Origin: the human T2T-CHM13v2.0 reference genome, Homo sapiens
NCBI RefSeq assembly: GCF_009914755.1
Contig: NC_060931.1
DNA length: 64,000 nucleotides
Direction: 5' to 3' (one strand)
Below the pieces are notes generated by a model, which made no database searches, was not told where the DNA came from, and worked only from the letters and a program-made list of their open reading frames with translations. Within the stretch, counting starts at the first letter, position 1. The number at the start of each line of letters is the position of its first letter. The translations under genes and the position numbers were made by a program. Shown here one piece after another: positions 54,929 through 64,000 of this stretch.

Positions 54929-56155
54929 CAGGAGGCATCCAGATATGGTGCAGGGTTGGTCTTCCACCAAGGCAAAGCAGCATGCATGGGCACCCATGCT
55001 GGGAGCCACCCAGGCTATTTTCGTTTGGCTGCTGAGGGCGTGGGTAATGACACGCCTCAAACTCATCTGCAGCACTTCATGAGAACGATTTGTGTAGAAG
55101 TTGCCAATCACCCCCTAGTTGCCAAGTCTGGTCACCTTTTCAGTCTGTACCTCACTTCTCTATGGCCTTCCACACTGCAGACCACTTTCCCCTGGAAACC
55201 CACGCTGACTTGGCTTCTGTGACCCCCCTCCTGCCTGTTTCCTGCTGCTCTGCTCTCCTCCTGTCCACTTCCCCTAGACTTTCGCATTCCCTGGGTCTCC
55301 ACGTGCAGCCTCTGCTCTTCTCACACTTGCTCCCCCGAGGCTATCACCTTCAAAGCCATAGCGTCCCGCAACACTCACACCTGATGCGGGAAAATCTACG
55401 TCTCCCACTCAGATGTTTTGCTAAACGCCACACTGGCCATGGACACCTGCGGACCAGAATGTGACACAGCATTTGGCAGTTCACAGGGTCGGGATGTTCC
55501 TCTCCTGCTCACTCCCTGCTGCTTCCCCTTTTGTGTTCCCTCCCTGGGTCCTGGAAGCCATCCCAGCCTCTTTCCTCCCACTCTCCTGCTACATCCTACC
55601 CAGTTGGTTCCTAAGTGGTGTGGATTCTGCCTCTCAGATCTTCCTCCCCCGTTACCACTGCCAAGTGTCTTTGTTTACTTTGCTCCTGAATAACCACATA
55701 GCTTTAGTATCACTTAGGGGTTTTTGTTGGTTTTTGTAGCAGACAAGGTGTTGAAGGGAAGGCACACAGGTGAGGAGCTCACAGAAGGACAGGGACGCCA
55801 GGTAGGATGGAGAACCACACTTGGGAAGCACAGGGCGGGGCAGCTCCAGGTGGGAGAAGCACAGGACCCCAATTGTTCTTCATCCTTGAGCCAGTCTGCT
55901 CAAGATTCCAAGCCCTGGCACGAGAGGAGGTGTCACATGCTCACCTCTCAGCTGCAGGAGGCAGCCGATGGGAGACCCCTGATGGGAAGCCTCCGACCTG
56001 GGGGAGAAGGGATTGTCCAAAAAGGAAACTGAAGCACTGTTACCAAAGAAGAGGCGCCCCACATCAACCACCACTCACTACAGCCTCTTCTTGGCTTCCC
56101 CAGCCCTAGTCTTCCCCTTGCTCCACCCACCTGCTTGCCCCATGGACTTCCTTGA

Positions 56156-56566
<411 letters not shown>

Positions 56567-57005
56567 CCCATCCACACCTTTGTTCCACTTCCCAAGCTCC
56601 TTGCCATTTATTTTGAGTTCCTTCCTGCCTCGATGACCAACCTGGCAGCCTTTAGGGGTGAAGCAGTCAATTGGTTTCCTGAGGCTCAATTTCCGCAGGG
56701 CACTTTTTAAAAAACCCTCTGGAAATGTAAAGTGATGGCCAAAATTCTATTACTAAAATTCCACTCAAGAGGAGTACTACTTTTGAAAAGTACTTTATGC
56801 CACTCCCTCCCCACCTAAAGGACAAACAGGAAGGCCTTGAGACTGCCTTCTGAAGATGGTGGGCTTGGCTCCTGCAAGCTCCCGAGGTCCTGCCATGAGG
56901 CCTGAGCATTTGAGGGCACTTGACATAGTGAAGGGGAGCTGAGGGTCTCCTTCTTCACATCTCTATCACGCATAACTTGGTTTCTTCTTTAGATAAATTA
57001 TTTTT

Positions 57006-57195
57006 AGCCTGGGCAACATAGCGAGATCTCATCTCTCATGAAAATAAAAATAAAAAATTAGCCAGGTGTAGTGATACGTGCCTATAGTCCCAGCTCCTCA
57101 GGAGGCTGGGGCAGGAGGATCACTTGAGCCCAGGAGTTAAGGCTGCAGTGAGCTATGATCACACCACTGCACTCCAACCTGGGTCAGAGATAAGA
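57006..57195 (+). mobile_element. AluJ/FRAM partial
   Basis: agcctgggcaacatagcgaga...ggaggatcacttgagcccaggag...gagctatgatc. Confidence 0.88.
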
Positions 57196-57378
57196 ATAAA
57201 GTCACAGCACTTGTAGCACTGTGGCAAATGCCTTCTCTCCACCCATTTTCCTTACTAGTTTCTTCCCAAACTCAGCTGTCCCCTTTGGGCAGCTCCCGAC
57301 AGCCACTGTGCAGCCCCTCACACCTCTGACCCACTTCTTCAGTTGTCTCCTGTTCGTCTACTTCCCCTGGGATCCTGA

Positions 57379-57862
<484 letters not shown>

Positions 57863-58111
57863 TAGTTTTGGGTTACTTTTGATTCCAAAGGAGATTTCAG
57901 AGAACTTTGTGTAAAAAATAAGGTAGGATGGATCTTCCTACAAAGCTCAACTCAACCTAAAAAAAAAGTTCTTGGGTAGTTTTAATTCATTGAAACATCT
58001 CAAATTAGCTCTAAAAATCAATGTCCAGCTGATAAATGAAAAGTGTGATGGGTGGCCTCCATCCCATCTCCATATTTAACTCAAAAACAACTTTGAATAA
58101 AACATTGCTCT

Positions 58112-58430
58112 TGGCAGGGTGTGGTGGCTCACACTTGTAATCCCAGCACTTTGGGAGGCCAAGGTGGACAGATTGCTTGAGACCAGGAATCCAAGGCCAG
58201 CCCAGGCTAGATGGTGAAAATCTGTCTCTACAAAAAATTAGTTGGGTGTGGCGATGTGCGCCTGTAATCCCAGCTACGTGGGAGGCTGAGATGGGAGGAT
58301 CGCTTAAGCCAGGAGGAGGAGGTTGCAGTGAGCTGAGATCACACCACTTCACTCCAGCCTGGGCGATGGAGCAAGAGCTTGTCTCAAAAAATAAAAAAAA
58401 ATAAAAAAAAAAAGACAGAAAAGAAAAAAA
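58112..58430 (+). mobile_element. AluJ element
   Basis: Diverged Alu with ggaggatcgctt. Confidence 0.9.
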
Positions 58431-59147
58431 ATGCTTTTTGATTTTTCAAATGTTAAAGATTCCAGACTAATAGAGCTGATGTTTTCTAATATTTATAGTG
58501 ATAAATGTTTACAAATAAAACTAATCCATGGAAAACAAGGTACTGTGACAGAAAGGAATTCACAGACTCCAGAGATGCTACCATCACAGGGATAGAGAAG
58601 GAAAGCCTGCTTTCTTTTATGATGATGCAGTCCTACAGACATCCAACAAGTCTTAGAGGTTAATATAACAAACCTAGTCTAAAACACGTTGAATTCACTA
58701 TGAACCACCATCCAGCGCCTCCCCATGATGTCACCACTGTGCAGAATGTCTGTCATGCTTGTACACACCTTTATACTTTGGCTTTATGTGAAAGGTTACT
58801 TTATATATTTCTAACCTGTTGTTTGATACTTTGTTTCTGAGCTCTTTCCATGTTGGTGTGCAAAGCTCTCGCTCATTATTTTGTGATTTTATCACAATCT
58901 GTTTAACCAGGCTTTTAAAAAAATCAGGATTTAGATATTGTCTTTTATGTTTTTATTTGTTTGGGTTCTTTGCTTGTATTTTCTCCTATCAACAACACCG
59001 CAAGGGCCTCTGTTTCACATCTTCTCCTGTGTATGCAAGAAAGTCTTTAGGGGCTGTAACTCGTAGTGAAATTGCTGGGTAGAAGAGAATGTTCCAGTTC
59101 AACTGCATTAGGTATTGCCAAGTTACTCTTCAAAATGATTGCTCTAG

Positions 59148-59463
59148 TGCAGCAGTCCCCAAACTTTTTAGCACCAGGGATCAGTTTTGTGGAAGACAAT
59201 TCTTCCATGTATGGGGCATTGGAGGGATGGTTTTGAGATGAAACTGTTCCACCTCAGATCACGAGGCATTAGATTATCATAAGGAGCACACAACCTAGAT
59301 CCCTCGCATGTACAGTTTGCAATAGGGTTCTCACTCCTATGACAATCTAATGCTGCCGCGATCTGACAGGAGGCGGAGCTCGGGTGGTTATGCTGCCTTG
59401 CCCGCCGCTCACCTCCTGCTGTGTGGACTGGTTCCTCACCAGAGGTTGGGAGCCTGTGGTCTA
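59148..59463. mobile_element. MER1B-type hAT-Charlie MITE inserted in antisense L1
   Basis: cagcagtccccaaactttttagcaccaggga...ggagcacacaacctagatccctcgcatg...gaggttgggagcctgtg; ntctagng-type TSDs. Confidence 0.85.
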
Positions 59464-59534
59464 GGGTATGCTTCTACCAGCATACATGCTCTCACTGGCA
59501 CTCATTATTGTCCAGCTTTTACGTTTCTACCAAC

Positions 59535-62500
59535 CTGATGGGTGTGAAGTGGTATTTCTGTGTTTTAATGTGTGTACTCTGATGGATGTGAAGTGGTATT
59601 TCTGTGTTTTAATTTGTGTACCCTGATGGGTGTGAAGTGGTATTTCTGTGTTTTAACGTGTGTACCCTGATGGGTGTGAAGTGGTATTTCTGTGTTTTAA
59701 TTTGTGTACCCTGATGGGTGTGAAGTGGTATTTCTGTGTTTTAAGGTGTGTACCCTGATGGGTGTGAGGTGGTATTTCTGCCTTTTAACGTGTGTACCCT
59801 GATGGGTGTGAGGTGGTATTTCTGTGTTTTAAGGCGTGTACCCTCATGGGTGTGAGGTGGTATTTCTGTGTTTTAATGTGTGTACCCTGATGGGTGTGAG
59901 GTGGTATTTCTGCATTTTAACGTGTGTACCCTGATGGGTGTCAGGTGGTATTTCTGTGTTTTAAGGCGTGTGCCCCGATGGGTGTGAAGTGGTATTTCTG
60001 TGTTTTAAGGCGTGTACCCTGATGGGTGTGAAGTGGTATTTCTGCGTTTTAACGTGTGTACCCTGATGGGTGTGAGGTGGTATTTCTGCATTTTAACGTG
60101 TGTACCCTGATGGGTGTGAAGTGGTATTTCTGTGTTTTAATGTGTGTACTCTGATGGATGTGAAGTGGTATTTCTGTGTTTTAACGTGTGTACCCTGATG
60201 GGTGTGAAGTGGTATTTCTGTGTTTTAATTTGTGTACCCTGATGGGTGTGAAGTGGTATTTCTGTGTTTTAATTTGTGTACCCTGATGGGTGTGAAGTGG
60301 TATTTCTGTGTTTTAAGGTGTGTACCCTGATGGGTGTGAGGTGGTATTTCTGCCTTTTAACGTGTGTACCCTGATGGGTGTGAGGTGGTATTTCTGTGTT
60401 TTAAGGCGTGTACCCTCATGGGTGTGAGGTGGTATTTCTGTGTTTTAATGTGTGTACCCTGATGGGTGTGAGGTGGTATTTCTGCATTTTAACGTGTGTA
60501 CCCTGATGGGTGTCAGGTGGTATTTCTGTGTTTTAAGGCGTGTGCCCCGATGGGTGTGAAGTGGTATTTCTGTGTTTTAAGGCGTGTACCCTGATGGGTG
60601 TGAAGTGGTATTTCTGCGTTTTAAGGCGTGTACCCTGATGGGTGTGAAGTGGTATTTCTGCGTTTTAACGTGTGTACCCTGATGGGTGTGAGGTGGTATT
60701 TCTGCATTTTAACGTGTGTACCCTGATGGGTGTGAAGTGGTATTTCTGTGTTTTAAGGTGTGTACCCTGATGGGTGTGAGGTGGTATTTCTGTGTTTTAA
60801 GGCATGTACCCTGATGGGTGTGAAGTGGTATTTCTGTGTTTTAAGGCGTGTACCCTGATGGGTGTGAGGTGGTATTTCTGCATTTTAACGTGTGTACCCT
60901 GATGGGTGTGAAGTGGTATTTCTGTGTTTTAAGGTGTGTACCCTGATGGGTGTGAGGTGGTATTTCTGTGTTTTAAGGTGTGTACCCTGATGGGTGTGAA
61001 GTGGTATTTCTGTGTTTTAAGGCGTGTACCCTGATGGGTGTGAGGTGGTATTTCTGTGTTTTAATTTGTGTACCCTGATGGGTGTGAAGTGGTATTTCTG
61101 TGTTTTAAGGCGTGTACCCTGATGGGTGTGAAGTGGTATTTCTGTGTTTTAAGGCGTGTACCCTGATGGGTGTGAGGTGGTATTTCTGTGTTGTAATGTG
61201 TGTACCCTGATGGGTGTGAGGTGGTATTTCTGTGTTTTAATTTGTGTACCCTGATGGGTGTGAAGTGGTATTTCTGTGTTTTAAGGCGTGTACCCTGATG
61301 GGTGTGAAGTGGTATTTCTGTGTTTTAAGGCGTGTACCCTGATGGGTGTGAGGCGGTATTTCTGTGTTGTAATGTGTGTACCCTGATGGGTGTGAGGTGG
61401 TATTTCTGTGTTGTAACATGTGTACCCTGATGGGTGTGAGGTGGTATTTCTGTGTTTTAACGTGTGTACCCTGATGGGTGTGAGGTGGTATTTCTGCATT
61501 TTAACGTGTGTACCCTGATGGGTGTCAGGTGGTATTTCTGCATTTTAACGTGTGTACCCTGATGGGTGTGAGGTGGTATTTCTGTGTTTTAAGGCGTGTA
61601 CCCTGATGGGTGTGAAGTGGTATTTCTGTGTTTTAAGGCATGTACCCTGATGGGTGTGAGGTGGTATTTCTGTGTTGTAATGTGTGTACCCTGATGGGTG
61701 TGAGGTGGTATTTCTGTGTTGTAACATGTGTACCCTGATGGGTGTGAAGTGGTATTTCTGTGTTTTAATGTGTGTACCCCGATGGGTGTGAAGTGGTATT
61801 TCTGTGTTTTAAGGCGTGTACCCTGATGGGTGTGAGGTGGTATTTCTGCATTTTAACGTGTGTACCCTGATGGGTGTGAGGTGGTATTTCTGCATTTTAA
61901 CGTGTGTACCCTGATGGGTGTGAGGTGGTATTTCTGTGTTTTAAGGCGTGTACCCCGATGGGTGTGAAGTGGTATTTCTGTGTTTTAAGGTGTGTACCCT
62001 GATGGGTGTGAGGTGGTATTTCTGTGTTTTAAGGTGTGTACCCTGATGGGTGTGAAGTGGTATTTCTGTGTTTTAATTTGTGTACCCTGATGGGTGTGAA
62101 GTGGTATTTCTGTGTTTTAATTTGTGTACCCTGATGGGTGTGAAGTGGTATTTCTGTGTTGTAACGTGTGTACCCTGATGGGTGTGAGGTGGTATTTCTG
62201 TGTTTTAATGTGTGTAACCTGATGGGTGTGAGGTGGTATTTCTGTGTTGTAATATGTGTACCCTGATGGGTGTGAGGTGGTATTTCTGTGTTGTAATGTG
62301 TGTACCCTGATGGGTGTGAGGTGGTATTTCTGTGTTGTAATGTGTGTACCCTGATGGGTGTGAGGTGGTATTTCTGTGTTTTAATGTGTGTAACCTGATG
62401 GGTGTGAGGTGGTATTTCTGTGTTGTAATGTGTGTACCCTGATGGGTGTGAGGTGGTATTTCTGTGTTGTAATATGTGTACCCTGATGGGTGTGAGGTGG

Positions 62501-62697
62501 TATTTCTGTGTTGTAATGTGTGTACCCTGATGGGTGTGAGGTGGTATTTCTGTGTTGTAATGTGTGTACCCTGATGGGTGTGAGGTGGTATTTCTGTGTT
62601 GTAATGTGTGTACCCTGATGGGTGTGAGGTGGTATTTCTGTGTTTTGTGTACCCTGATGGGTGTGAGGTGGTATTTTTGTGTTTTAATGTGTGTACC
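59535..62697. repeat. Large VNTR, 44-bp unit x ~72 (ctgatgggtgtgaggtggtatttctgtgttttaatgtgtgtacc)
   Basis: Continuous ~3.16-kb tandem array with variant units, flanked on both sides by antisense L1. Confidence 0.98.
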
Positions 62698-62810
62698 ACT
62701 TATACCAAGTGAGGTTTAGCAGCTTCCCATGTAGTTTCCCATGTTGCCATTAAGCATTTGAGTTTTCTCATCTGTAATTTGTATATTCATATTCTTTGCC
62801 AATTTTTCTA

Positions 62811-63140
<330 letters not shown>

Positions 63141-64000
63141 TTCATTAGTAATAGATATCTGATTTGAACATTACGTATTGTACACATGTATCAAAGTATC
63201 ACATAGACCCCAAGAACATATATAATTATGACATATCAATTAAAAAATATGTATATACATTTTCTGGGTACTAATTATTTGTTAGTCATATGTGTTGCAA
63301 ATATCTTTTCCCAGTTTACAACTTGCTTTTTTGTATTTAGGTGATATCTTTAGATACAGAGCGGTTTCAGATTTTACTGAGTTCAAATTTATCTATCTCT
63401 GCCTTTATGTTGTTTTATGTTATCTTTTTAAAAAAATCCTTCCTTATCTACCAAATTAATGTGACTATACTACTAGGCAGATGTTCATCAGAACATTGAT
63501 ATGTTCTCAGTACCAGTGTAGGTCAAGGTGAGATTTACTCCTGGCTTTCCCAACATACTAGCATTGATTATCTGTCTCATCACTTTGTCTAAAATGTTAA
63601 CACACTTTTTCTAGCAGCAAAACATTTTTGTAAGTGGATTTAAGTTCAAACAAGATATCTGATATAGAAATGATTTCTTTTTACAGAAGATGATGCTGAT
63701 GGCCAGATCTTGGAACTGCTCTGGCAAAGAGCTCAATACTGAGGGCTTGGAAATTAGCAACGGCTTTGCTGTGTGCATTTTGATATGGATCACGCTATGG
63801 TCCTTGGCCGTCTACGCTGCCCTTGGCCGTCTACGCGGCTATCTTCAGAGTGCTTCCCTCTCTTCTGCCACTCCTGTCGCTGGCTGTTTTTATGTTCACT
63901 GCCCCATCATCTCTTTAGCCAATTAAAATCTCCGTCTGGGCAAAGGTAGCTTACACTGCTCTCTCCACTCCCTGTGCTCTGCGGGGAGTGCTACGTGGTA

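Overview
Primate (human-like) genomic DNA: dense Alu, L1, L2, MIR, LTR and DNA-transposon content and several minisatellites in a GC-rich, subtelomeric-style background. Nearly all ORFs in the track are repeat-derived or low-complexity artefacts. The one convincing coding element is a minus-strand exon at 15183-15276. It has a strong Kozak context, encodes a signal peptide followed by RDPEVFCG, and ends in a phase-1 GT donor. This is the architecture of the first coding exon of Canopy (CNPY1/CNPY2) saposin-like ER proteins, most plausibly CNPY1. The remainder of that gene would lie below coordinate 1, which would place the window at 7q36.3 near EN2/RBM33/SHH (inference). Also noted: an open, phase-symmetric 195-nt candidate cassette exon in the same intron; a repeat-free block at about 41-47 kb with a chain of minus-strand splice sites that may be an unannotated or decayed multi-exon gene; a full two-module CTCF site; a MER85 piggyBac MITE with an extended palindrome; three VNTRs born from LINE sequence, one with a 13-unit higher-order duplication; and several short dispersed direct and inverted duplications. 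Repeat boundaries and subfamily names were read by eye and are approximate.
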